Part shown: one piece after another, positions 44,218-53,427 of the stretch
How the letters are laid out: each line of letters starts with the position of its first letter
How positions within the stretch are numbered: the first letter of the stretch is position 1
Assembly: GCA_963711655.1 (NCBI GenBank)
Contig: CAVQEW010000007.1
Coordinates: 12,990-76,989 of the forward strand
Length of the DNA: 64,000 nt
Reading direction: 5' to 3'
DNA from: an uncultured Actinomycetota bacterium
GTDB taxonomy: Bacteria; Actinomycetota; UBA4738; HRBIN12
Position numbers and translations under genes: made by a program
The notes under the pieces: generated by a model
Databases searched by the model: none
What the model was told of the DNA's origin: nothing
Seen by the model: the letters and a program-made list of their open reading frames with translations, nothing else

Positions 44218-44648
44218 TCACGCTTTGGGGTGGGAGCTGTCCCCGCGCCTCGTACATACGGTCCGCGACGAGTACGTATTGAGCGGCACAACATCAACCC
44301 GGGCAACCTTTCCCCGAGCGGTCCGAAACTCATGAGGGGGGTCGGCGTGGGCATCCACCCACAGCCTCCCGACGTGACGGCCCTCCGATAGATCTGGAGG
44401 CGCTGAGAATGTCAGCGTCCCATGCCTGAACAGGATGGGTCGACTTTCCAGCGACGCTACGCGACTCAGGTCGACCTCCACCAGGCCGAGCTGGTGGGCC
44501 TCCGGTGGCGCTTCAACGCCGGGATCCGCGCCCACCAGACACGAGGGTCCGGATCGAACTTGAGAGGTGCCTCCCATCGTTCTCCGACCGTCGCGTCAGG
44601 GTGACAGCACTCGATCTCCCAAGCCGCTACCCAGATCGGAACGAGCAC
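44218..44648 (-). pseudogene. Hypothetical protein, N-terminus like DUF6578-type actinobacterial proteins (tentative), one frame change
   Basis: VLVPIWVAAWEIECCHPDATVGERWEAPL (ORF 44466..44648) continues as ..LGLVEVDLSRVASLESRPILFRHGTLTFSAPPDLSEGRHVGRLWVDAH in ORF 44218..44577. Confidence 0.35.
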
Positions 44649-44842
44649 GAGCCGAGACTACGTACCTGTCATCACCGAGAGCTGGAAGGATGGCGCGGGC
44701 AAAGTGCGTCATGTGTCGAGGCCGGTGACCTCAGGGCATGACCGGACCGAGGACCTCGATGCGCTCCTCCCTGATCTTCCCGCCTACCCACAAGCAGTGA
44801 TCCCGGTCCCCGGGGCAAGCCCATGGTCTGGCGTTCGATCAG

Positions 44843-45196
44843 ATGCAGGCGGTCGGCGATCTCGTCTACATCGCACCGGTCGAGCGCGAGGGCAAAGATG
44901 CCAGCGTTGTTGGTTCAGACCTAGTCGTCTTGGGACGAGCGAGATGGTCTGCTACATGCGTGGATCTCGTGGAGGCGCTGACCGAAGGCCGACCAGTCCT
45001 CGTCGACTACGTCGATGGGGGCTGGATCAGCTGGGGGAGCCCCGAGTACAACGACATGCATCCCGTTGACCCCTTGCTCTTCGAGTTGGGCTGGTGGGCG
45101 TGGGAGTACCTCGTCGAGGAAGGAGTGGGCGGCGGCCCAGACCTCACGGCGCTTCCTCCCGACTATGCACCACCCTGGACGTTCGAGCCCGACTGA
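44843..45196 (+). CDS. Hypothetical cytoplasmic protein (Trp/acidic-rich); the N-terminus may extend upstream in another frame
   Basis: 117-aa ORF with protein-like composition (VDYVDGGWISWGSPEYNDMHPVDPLLFELGWWAWEYLVEEG). No motif recognised. Confidence 0.4.
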   Translation: MQAVGDLVYIAPVEREGKDASVVGSDLVVLGRARWSATCVDLVEALTEGRPVLVDYVDGGWISWGSPEYNDMHPVDPLLFELGWWAWEYLVEEGVGGGPDLTALPPDYAPPWTFEPD

Positions 45197-45431
45197 GTTC
45201 GGTTCCGGGAGACCCGTTGAGTGATCGTCCTGACGTCTCCGCCCCCGAGCGGATCCTTGGAAGGTGGACTACCTCGGCCGGCGACGGACGAGGGCAAAGA
45301 CCAAGACGACCAAAGTGACAACGAGAACGAGCCATGCCCAGTCAGGCATGATGCGGATGGTATCGGGTTCTTCTTCGTGGGTTGCGTCCCAGGAACACTC
45401 GACGCGATCATGTGGAGCTGGGGGAGAGATC

Positions 45432-45912
45432 GTGGCTCGCGCGTCGGCGACAATCGAGGACCTGAAGGCGGGCCGGCTCCCTCCCGTCTGCGCCAAGACC
45501 GGCGAACCAGCGGATGGATCCGTTCCGATCGAGTTCACCTCGACGACCTGGATGGACGCTGATCCTCCTGTTGTTCGGGATCATCCCCTTCTTCATCGCC
45601 CAGGCGTTCAGCACGGTTCGCGTCGTCGGCTTAGTGCCCATGTCCGATGTCGCCCAGCGCAGGAAGCGGGCGTTCGACAGGGCCTCCCTCGGCTTCCTCC
45701 TGCTCAGCGTGGCGGTCCTCGCGGTCGGTGTCGCAACGGATAGGGCCGTGGTTCTGACCGGCGCTGCGATGGTGGTCGCCACGGCGATCTTCGTCTTCTT
45801 CGGGAAGCCGTTCGTGGTGCCTTCCGGGGAGTTGGCGGGCGGCTGGGTCCGGCTTTCGTTCGTGGATCGACGATTCGCGAAGGCGCTCGACGACTGGTAC
45901 GGCACCACCTGA
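45432..45912 (+). pseudogene. Hypothetical membrane protein (3 helices), one frame change near 45545
   Basis: GGGGAGAG lies before GTG 45432. VARASATIEDLKAGRLPPVCAKTGEPADGSVPIEFTSTTW (ORF 45264..45743) joins ..WTLILLLFGIIPFFIAQAF... in ORF 45514..45912. Confidence 0.5.
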
Positions 45913-46006
45913 TCGAGCCAGCATCGTTCGCTCAAGCGTCGCAAAGATAGGGAACCTTGTCGGCCCTCTCCCGGTCTCCATGAACAGAAGACCGAAGGAG
46001 GGACCG

Positions 46007-46601
46007 ATGCGTGGACACACGATCCGCCGGGCGATGCTGATGGTGGTTGGGGTGATGCTCTTCGTTGGTCTCTGCCAGAATCGCCTTCGCCAGCGGTGGT
46101 GGAGGGTGTGGCCGCGCCGTAACGGATGACGATGGGACCCGGGTCAGCATCCGCGATTACTGCTTCGGACCGACGATCTTGCGCGTGGGGCCGGGAGAGA
46201 CGGTGACGTGGGTGAACAGGGACGCATTCCCTCACATCGTGCTCGGGGCCAACGGTGCTTGGGGTGCTTACGGAACCGTGAAACGGAACGGGGGCGAGGC
46301 CAGCTACCGCTTCGTCAGCTCGGGCGTCTACCCGTACGTGTGCACGTACCACCCGGGGATGATCGGGGCCGTCGTCGTCGGGAACGGCAAGCCCGACGGC
46401 GCCGCCTACGCGGTCACCACGAACGCCGGGCCAGTGATCGGCGCGGATCCGACGGGGACGGCGATGGATCGCGTGGTGCCGGCACCGGTGCAGGCGAGAT
46501 CATGGGCACCGGTGGCGCTGGGTCTCGGCTTGATCCTCGTGGTCGCCGCCGCCATCGCGACCTCCCGCCGGCGTCGGGCGCATGGAACCATGACGCACTG
46601 A
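46007..46601 (+). pseudogene. Membrane-anchored type-1 copper protein (cupredoxin, amicyanin-like ligand loop), one frame change near 46070
   Basis: GAAGGAGG precedes ATG 46007 (MRGHTIRRAMLMVVGVMLFVG). The cupredoxin core has His (AFPH) and C-T-Y-H-P-G-M. C-terminal helix WAPVALGLGLILVVAAAIA. Confidence 0.75.
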
Positions 46602-46619
46602 GGTTCGTACCATCCTGAG

Positions 46620-47942
46620 GTGACCCCTTCGAGACGCTTCAGGTCCACGCTCGCGATCACGGCGGTCCTGTTGGGCGGCGCCTGCGGGAACGCGGACACG
46701 CCGTCGGACACGCCGAGCCCTTCCCCGAGCGCCGCATCGTCGACCGCGACTCCGTCCTCATCTGGCGCTCCGTCTTCGCCACCTTCGCCGCTCGCCGACG
46801 TTCAGATCCGCCTGGTGCAGGTGGCGACGCTCGAGCAGCCGCTGGCGATGGCGGTCCGGGCGGGCGACAACGCGCTCTACGTGGCGCAGAAGACGGGGCA
46901 GGTCGTGGCGATCCGCTCCGGGCGGACCGTCGACAAGGTGCCGGTGGTCGATCTCTCCGACGATGTGTCGCTCGGCAGCGAGCAAGGACTCCTGGGGCTC
47001 GCGTTCTCACCCGGGGGCGACGAGCTCTACGTGAACTACACGGACACGAACGGCGACACACACGTCACGGGGTTCGCGATGGAAGGCCAACGAGCCGATC
47101 CCGCTACGCGTCGCGACATCCTCGTGGTGGACCAGCCCTACTCGAATCACAACGGCGGCAACCTCGCGTTCGGGCCCGATGGCTTCCTCTACGTCGGGCT
47201 CGGCGACGGGGGGAGCGGCGGCGATCCGCACGGCAACGGGCAGTCCCTCTCGACACCGCTCGGCAAGATGCTCCGGATCGACCCTCAGCTTTCGGGCGCC
47301 GCTCCCTTCCGCATCCCGTCGGACAACCCGTTCGTCGGCCGCGCGGACGCGAGACCGGCGATCTGGGCGTACGGGTTCCGCAACCCGTGGCGCTACTCGT
47401 TCGACCGGCTGACCGGCGACCTCTGGATCGGGGACGTCGGCCAGAGCGAGTGGGAGGAGATCGACGTCCAGCCGGCTTCGTCGTCGGGCGGTGAGAACTA
47501 CGGGTGGAACATCCTCGAAGGGACGCATCCATTCTTGGGCGACGAGCTGCCCGGCGGGGTCGCTCCGGTCTACGAGTACTCGCACAGCGAGGGAGGGTGC
47601 ACCGTGATCGGGGGATACGTCTATCGAGGGGAGGCGATCCCCGAGCTCTCCGGCGCGTACCTCTTCGGCGACCTCTGCATCGGAGAGATCGAGGCGCTGC
47701 GAGTGCAGGGAGGTCGTGTCACGGGACATCGATCCCTCGGCCCCACCGTCCAGAACCTGAGCTCGTTCGGCGAGGACGCGAACGGTGAGCTCTACGCGAT
47801 GTCCCTCAGCGGTGGCGTGTTCCTGATCCACCTGGACCTGAGGGGAGGGGGCCACTTCCCTTCGTACCGCGTGTACGCTCCGGGCCGATGTCCGGAGACA
47901 TCCGTCCCTCGCAGAAGGCCGTCTCGTTCACGGAGTCCGTGA
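46620..47942 (+). CDS. PQQ-dependent sugar (glucose/sorbosone) dehydrogenase-type beta-propeller lipoprotein
   Basis: AITAVLLGGAC lipobox. GLLGLAFSP, HNGGNLAFGPDGFLYVGLGDGG, GFRNPWRYSFD and GDVGQSEWEEID. The last roughly 35 codons overlap the next gene and may be read-through. Confidence 0.85.
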   Translation: MTPSRRFRSTLAITAVLLGGACGNADTPSDTPSPSPSAASSTATPSSSGAPSSPPSPLADVQIRLVQVATLEQPLAMAVRAGDNALYVAQKTGQVVAIRSGRTVDKVPVVDLSDDVSLGSEQGLLGLAFSPGGDELYVNYTDTNGDTHVTGFAMEGQRADPATRRDILVVDQPYSNHNGGNLAFGPDGFLYVGLGDGGSGGDPHGNGQSLSTPLGKMLRIDPQLSGAAPFRIPSDNPFVGRADARPAIWAYGFRNPWRYSFDRLTGDLWIGDVGQSEWEEIDVQPASSSGGENYGWNILEGTHPFLGDELPGGVAPVYEYSHSEGGCTVIGGYVYRGEAIPELSGAYLFGDLCIGEIEALRVQGGRVTGHRSLGPTVQNLSSFGEDANGELYAMSLSGGVFLIHLDLRGGGHFPSYRVYAPGRCPETSVPRRRPSRSRSP

Positions 47943-49090
47943 TCCGCGAGATGACGCGGCTCGCGATGCTGCACGACGCGATCAACCTCTCGCAGGGCTT
48001 CCCGGACTTCGCCGCGCCCGAGAAGTGAAGGAGGCCGCCCGGAAGGCGATCGCCGACGACGTGAACCAGTACCCGATCACCTGGGGCGCTGAAGGGTTCC
48101 GCGAGGAGCTCGCCGCGGAACTACCGGGAGCGCTACGGGATGGACTGGGTCGACCCGGAGCGCGACATCACCGTCACGTGCGGCTCGACCGAGGCGATGA
48201 TCGCCGCGATGCTCGGCGTCCTCGACCCGGGCGACGAGGTCGTCGTCTTCGAGCCGTTCTACGAGAACTACGGCCCGACACGATCATCTCCGGCGCCGTC
48301 CCGCGGTAGGTGACGCTGCACGCGCCCGACTGGACGTTCGACGAGGACGAGCTCGCGGCCGCGTTCAACGAACGCACGCGCGGCGATCATGATCAACACG
48401 CCGAACAACCCGACGGCAAGGTGTTCGCACGCGAGGAGCTCAACGTGATCGCCGGGCTCTGCCAGCAGTGGGGCGTGTCGTGTTCACCGACGAGATTACG
48501 AGCACATCCTCTACAACGGCGCCGTTCACGTGCCGCCGGGCGCCGTGCCCGGGCTCGAGGACCGGACGGTGACGATCAGCGCGATGTCGAAGACCTACGC
48601 GGTGACCGGCTGGCGCGTGGGGTGGGTGGTGGCGCCGGCGCCGCTCTCTCGCGGATCCGTTCCGTCCACGACTTCCTGACGGTCGCGGCGCCGGCGCCGC
48701 TGCAGGAGGCCGGCGAGACGGCCTCGGCTCCCCGGAGGAGTACTACCGGCGGACCGGCCGACGAGTACCGGGAGCGGAACTACTCCGGACGACAACGCTC
48801 CGCGAGTCCGGGTTCAAGGTGGAGCCGCCGGCGGGCGCCTACTACGTGATGGCGGACATCTCCGGGTTCGGGTTCCCCGACGACGTCGCGGTTCGCCCGG
48901 CACATGGTCGAGGACGTAGGCGTCGCGGTGGTGCCGGGCTCGTCGTTCTTCTCTGTCCGGAGCTCGGGGCGCACCTGGTCCGCTTCGCGTTCTGCAAGCA
49001 AGCTCGACACTTTGAGTAAGCCCGGCGAACGCCTGAAGCACCTCAAACCGCGCGACGTGCGGTCAATCGACCGCCATACCGTTTCTGTGA
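47888..49090 (+). pseudogene. Class I/II PLP aminotransferase (YbdL / kynurenine-aminotransferase-like), at least 6 frame changes; 3' end uncertain
   Basis: SVIREMTRLAMLHDAINLSQGFPDF, NQYPITWG, ITVTCGSTEAMIAAMLGVLDPGDEVVVFEPFYENYGP, NTPNNPTGKVF, SKTYAVTGWRVGW and VRFAFCK appear in all three frames between 47888 and about 49020. Confidence 0.8.
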
Positions 49091-49123
49091 TGCCCCACGC
49101 TACCGGCCGAGCGTGGTGTCGAG

Positions 49124-49145
49124 GCCATGCCGTCGCCGGCATGGC
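49124..49145 (+). terminator. Hairpin GCCATGCCG-TCGC-CGGCATGGC downstream of the aminotransferase
   Basis: A perfect 9-bp stem with a 4-nt loop, read directly. It is followed only by TT, so terminator function is uncertain. Confidence 0.3.
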
Positions 49146-49204
49146 TTCCGACCGCTCACCACTTCGACGCCGCCTGTATCTCAAGATAAATTTATGAGAG
49201 GAGC

Positions 49205-49371
<167 letters not shown>

Positions 49372-49382
49372 CCCCTAGTGGC

Positions 49383-49805
49383 TCAGTTCCAGCGGTTCCT
49401 GAGGATCTCCGCGAAGCCTGCCGGCGTGAGAACGCGGACTCCCGGCTCGGTCGCCTCGAGGACATCCTTGTCGCCGGACACGAGGACGTCGGCGTAAGCG
49501 CCCGCGAGGGCGAACAGGTAGTCGTCCGCGGGGTCTCGACAGACCTGGGGGATCTGGTCCGGGTCGGGCGTGGCGAGCGCAGCGTTCTCGATCGCCAAGA
49601 GGAGCCGGGCAGCTTGGTACTCGAGTGAGGTAGCGCCTCAACTTGGGATAACCCGAGCACCCGTCTGAAGCTCCGCCAGGAGCATAGGACAGACGATGAG
49701 GTCGAACTCACCGAGCCGCCACGATCGGACGAGAGAGGCAGGGGCGCCCGCCGAGGAGATGACGCCCGCGACCAGAACGCCCGTGTCGAGGACCGCCCGG
49801 GTCAA
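49383..49805 (-). pseudogene. vapC: PIN-domain toxin (VapC-like), at least 2 frame changes between 49600 and 49700
   Basis: (L)TRAVLDTGVLVAGVISSAGAPASLVRSW..DLIVCPMLLAEL.., then ..AIENAALATPDPDQIPQVCRDPADDYLFALAGAYADVLVSGDKDVL..VLTPAGFAEIL, with the conserved acidic positions. TTG 49805 overlaps the antitoxin stop (TTGA). Confidence 0.75.
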
Positions 49806-50029
49806 CCCGGTCGGCGAGTCGCCTCGAGGGCCTCGTACGCCAGCCGCAGTGCGCCCTCCTCGTCGAGATCGCTCCTCGACCAGACGTCATCCAGCACGTC
49901 GAGGCCGAGGTAACTGCGGATCGCCGATTCGATCAGCTCGGAGTCCTTCTGTCCGGTGCGAGCAGCCTGGATCTTGGCCTCGCGCAGGACGTCTTCATCG
50001 AGGTAGACAGTGGTCTTCCGTTTCGCCAT
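49802..50029 (-). CDS. vapB: Ribbon-helix-helix (CopG/Arc-type) antitoxin
   Basis: MAKRKTTVYLDEDVLREAKIQAARTGQKDSELIESAIRSYL. ATG 50029 lies about 7 nt below a -10-like hexamer, so the mRNA is probably leaderless. The ORF track begins 4 codons earlier, at 50041. Confidence 0.8.
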   Translation of the reverse strand: MAKRKTTVYLDEDVLREAKIQAARTGQKDSELIESAIRSYLGLDVLDDVWSRSDLDEEGALRLAYEALEATRRPG

Positions 50030-50036
50030 GACCGTC

Positions 50037-50065
50037 ATCATGACGTCATAGCGTCATAACGTCAA
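50037..50065 (-). promoter_or_regulatory. Putative vapBC promoter/operator: TTGACG-17 nt-CATGAT with reiterated (A/T)TGACG motifs
   Basis: The minus strand reads TTGACGTTATGACGCTATGACGTCATGATGACGG. On the plus strand, CGTCAT/CGTCAA copies start at 50033, 50044, 50052 and 50060, and the palindrome TGACGTCA is at 50041-48. Confidence 0.4.
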
Positions 50066-51139
50066 TCCCGGAGGCACTTTTTCGCGAGTTCGCGACCTAG
50101 AGCCTCCCCAGAAGCGACCCGGGGCCAGGATCCCCGCGGGGTCGAACGCGGCCTTGAGTCGACGGTGAACATCGGGCGCGGGAACCGGCGCGTCGCCGAG
50201 GCCGCCGGGCCACGGATACCGGTGCGATGCCGCCTGCCTCGGCGACGCGCCTCCGGAGCGCAGCGAGACGCTCGCCGTCATCCGGCAGCCCGACCCACTC
50301 CATCCCGACGCCCATCAACGCTCGCCAGTCGTCCTCCCCGTCGAGGACGGCCTCGAGCCTCGACGGCGCGACCGCGACCTCCGCGACGACCGGCGCGTCG
50401 ATCGCCTCCGGCCCTCGGACCGTCTCGTCCTCGTGAAGCTCCACGTCGCCGACGGCGCTCCGGATCGCCGCCGTCTGTTCCTCGATCTCCTCGGGCCATC
50501 CTTCGAGGGCGACCTCGACCCCACCGGGCGTTGCCACAACCCCGGAGGGGAGCGGGACCGCTCGAGCAGCGTGCGCCCTGCCGGCAGGCCAAAGCCCGCC
50601 GCGCGACCAGGCGGCGCGCCTTCGGGAGCGGCCGCACCTTCACCGCGACCTGGACGATCGCTCCGAGCGACCCGAGGGAGCCGGTCGCGAGACGGTGGAG
50701 GTCGTAGCCCTGCACGCTCTTGACCGTCCGCGCGCCGCTCCGCACGAGCCGGCCATCTCCCGTGACGAGCTCCAGCTCCACGACGGTGTCGCGAAGCGGG
50801 CCCATCCGAGTCGGCGCGGGGAGGACGCCGCCACCGCGAACGCCCCCCGACCGTCGCCTCGTCGGGCGCGTCCGACGGCCACTCCTGCCCTCCGTCGGCC
50901 AGTACCCGCCAAGCGCGCCCACCCGGATCCCCGCCTCGACGACGGCCAGCATCTCCTCGGGGTCGTACGCGACCACGCGGTCGAGCCCGGCCATCGACAG
51001 CTCATCGTCGACCTCGGCCGGGTTCCCCTTGTCGACGTGGGTCCGCCCGCCGACGATCGCCGTTGCGGCTCCGGCGCTCGCTCGCGCCGCGGAGGGCATC
51101 GCGCACCTCGTCCTTCGTCCTCGGCTCGATCAGACCCAC
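50054..51139 (-). pseudogene. glcE: Glycolate oxidase FAD-binding subunit GlcE-like, at least 4 frame changes
   Basis: LIEPRTKDEVRDAL, AIVGGRTHVDKGNP, LSMAGLDRVVAYDPEEMLAVVEAGIRVGAL, VELELVTGDGRLVRSGARTVKSVQGYDLHRLATGSLGSLGAIVQVAVKVRPLP and LKAAFDPAGILAPGRFWGG lie in ORFs 50278..51099, 50640..51005, 50097..50537 and 50054..50281. GTG 51139 overlaps the glcD stop. Confidence 0.7.
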
Positions 51140-52610
51140 GTGCCCTCCGGCATGGAGGATACAGTGTCAGCGTCCACGCCCATCGCGTCCGCGCCCGCCG
51201 CGGCGATCGCGAAGTCCCCGCATCGCGCGCCGTCCGGCAGCACCTTCTGCGGGTTCATCCGACCAGAAGGATCGAACGCCGTGCGGACGCACGCTTGCAA
51301 GGCGAGGTCTTCCTCGGTGAAGACGAGCGGCATGAAGTCCCGCTTCTCGAGGCCGATGCCGTGCTCGCCCGAGAGCGACCCGCCGGCGTCCACACACAGC
51401 CGGACGATCTCCTCCGACGCGTGGAGCACGCGCTCGAGCACGCCGGGCTCGCTCCGGTCGAACGAGAGCAGCGGATGCAGGTTGCCGTCGCCGGCGTGGA
51501 ACACGTTCGTCACGGTGATCGCCTCGCGGCGGCAGATCGCGTAGACGCCCGTCAGCACCTCGACGAGCTTCGTGCGCGGCACGACGCAGTCGTGGAGGTG
51601 GTAGTGCGGCGCGATCTGGGCGATCGCGCCGAACGCCGACTTCCGGCCTTTCCACAGAAGCGCTCGCTCCTCGGCGTCTTCGGCCACCCGGATCGAGCCG
51701 ACTCGCGTGCGCCCGCGCGGCCGCCTCGACCTCGCGGGTCTCCGCGTCGACCCCGGCGGCGATCCCGTCCACCTCGACCAGCAACACGGCCGCGGCGTCG
51801 GTCGGGTAGCCGGCGTGCGCGAAGGACTCGACCGCGCGCACGATCCCCGATCCATCATCTCGAGGGCCGCCGGCACGACCCCGCGCGCGATGATCGTCGG
51901 AGACCGTCGCCGCGCAGTCCTCGACCGTCGCGAAGTCGAGCAGCATCGTCGTGATCGCCGGTGGCTCGGGCGTGAGGCGGACGCAGGCGGCAGCCACGAG
52001 CCCGACCGTCCCCTCGGAGCCGACGACCACTCCGCGGAGGTCGTAGCCGGCCGCCTCCGGCCCCTCCGCACCCAGGCGCACCACGCTCCCATCGGAGAGC
52101 ACGACGTCCAACGCCAGGACGTGCGCGGACGTGACGCCGTACGCGAGACAGTGCGGTCCGCCGGCGTTCGTCCCCACGTTGCCGCCGATCGACGACACCT
52201 GCTGCGAGGAGGGGTCGGGCATGTACGTGAAGCCGGTGCCGCGCAGCGCCGTCCCGAGGTCGAGGTTGAAGAGCCCCGGCTCCACCCACGCGAGCCGGTC
52301 CTCAGGCCGGATCCTCGATGATTCGGTTCATCTTCGAGGTGACGACGACGAGGGCGTCCCCGATCGGCGTGGACGCCCCGGCGAGCCCGGTGCCGCTCCC
52401 TCGGGGGACGACGGCGAGGTCGTGCGCGGCCGCCGCGCGAACGCACGCCACGATGTCGTCCGCGGAGCGGGGGAAGACGACGAGAGCCGCCGAGCCCTCG
52501 ACCATCGACGCGTCGCGCGCGTACAGGCGGAGCGCGAGCGGGTCCGACAGCACCTCGCCGGCGCCGAGCGCGTCCTCGAGCTCTCGCCGCGCCGCCTCCA
52601 CGTCCGCCAT
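51130..52610 (-). pseudogene. glcD: Glycolate oxidase / FAD-linked oxidase subunit GlcD-like, at least 4 frame changes
   Basis: VVPRGSGTGLAG, PDPSSQQVSSIGGNVGTNAGGPHCLAYGVT, DLRGVVVGSEGTVG, VFHAGDGNLHP, GGSLSGEHGIGLEK and AFDPSGRMNPQKV are distributed over ORFs 52302..52610, 51167..52285 and the 3' part of 51130..53331. Confidence 0.85.
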
Positions 52611-52632
52611 CGAGGGCTAGGGTAGGCCCGCG

Positions 52633-53103
52633 ATGGCGACCTGGGCCGAGTTCGAACTCGCCGAGCCGGAGCTCGCCGCGTTCGGCAAGGAGCGGCTCGA
52701 CCACCAGGTCTGCTTCCACGCCACCCTCCGCGCCGACGGGTCGCCGCGTGTCCATCCGATCGAGGCGTGGATCGCGGTCGGCCTCCTGCTCGTGCGGTTC
52801 CGCGCCCACAGCCCGAAGGTCGCCGAGGTGCTCCGCGACGGCCGCTACGCGTTGCACTCGCCGATGGCGAACATGGACGGCGAGGGCGGGGAGTTCCTGG
52901 TGCACGGCTGGATGGAGCAGATCGGCGAGACGCATCCGGCCGTCCAGCGGTTCGAGCACGACGCGCCGTACCCGCTCGCGTTCTACGCGATGTCGGTGGA
53001 GGAAGCGGTCGGAACCACGTACGAGGGCGACGAGCCCGTCTACCGGCGCTGGCGTCCTCAGGCGACGCGGCCGGGCGAGCCGTCGGGAGTGGAGAAGTCG
53101 TAG
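52633..53103 (+). CDS. Pyridoxamine 5'-phosphate oxidase-like (split-barrel flavin/deazaflavin-binding) protein
   Basis: Intact 156 aa. FHATLRADGSPRVHPI...VRFRAHSPKVAEVLRDGRYALHS fits the PPOX-like split beta-barrel pattern. The cofactor is not assignable. Confidence 0.65.
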   Translation: MATWAEFELAEPELAAFGKERLDHQVCFHATLRADGSPRVHPIEAWIAVGLLLVRFRAHSPKVAEVLRDGRYALHSPMANMDGEGGEFLVHGWMEQIGETHPAVQRFEHDAPYPLAFYAMSVEEAVGTTYEGDEPVYRRWRPQATRPGEPSGVEKS

Positions 53104-53393
53104 CCGGAGGCGGCCCACGCCTCCATGCCACCCTCGACGTTCGTGGCGTCGTAGCCGCGCGCCTGCAGCATCACCGAGGCGAGCTCGCTCCGGTTGCCCG
53201 AGCGGCAGATCACGGCGACCGGCTTCGCGAGGTCCAGGACGTCCGAGCCGACGCCCGACATCACGTCGCTGAGCGGGATGTGGAGGGCGCCCTCGATGCG
53301 TCCCGCGTCCCACTCGTCCTGCTCGCGGCAATCCACGAGCTGGATGTCGCCGAGCGACTCGTGGACGCCTTCGACCGTGCTGAGATCCGCCAT
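53058..53393 (-). CDS. Single-domain rhodanese (sulfurtransferase)
   Basis: MADLSTVEG..LVDCREQDEWDAGRIEGALHIPL..VAVICRSGNRSE (active-site loop CRSGNRS). ATG 53393 was derived from its position in ORF 53058..53882. Confidence 0.8.
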   Translation of the reverse strand: MADLSTVEGVHESLGDIQLVDCREQDEWDAGRIEGALHIPLSDVMSGVGSDVLDLAKPVAVICRSGNRSELASVMLQARGYDATNVEGGMEAWAASGYDFSTPDGSPGRVA

Positions 53394-53427
53394 CGCTCCG
53401 ATGCTAGCAGTGGTGCGGCCGAAGGCT

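Noticed and set aside
43936-44354. ORFs 43936..44160 (+) and 43953..44354 (-) over the orphan repeat copy
   Set aside because: No start context and an Arg-rich, low-complexity translation. The region is better explained as non-coding DNA containing the displaced peptidase gene end.
44120-45349. Two mini-ORFs: a 33-aa ORF (44120-44221, minus, GTGA-overlapping the preceding stop) and a 26-aa hydrophobic peptide MPDWAWLVLVVTLVVLVFALVRRRPR (45269-45349, minus)
   Set aside because: They are too short to support without comparative or expression data, and neither has a convincing ribosome-binding site.
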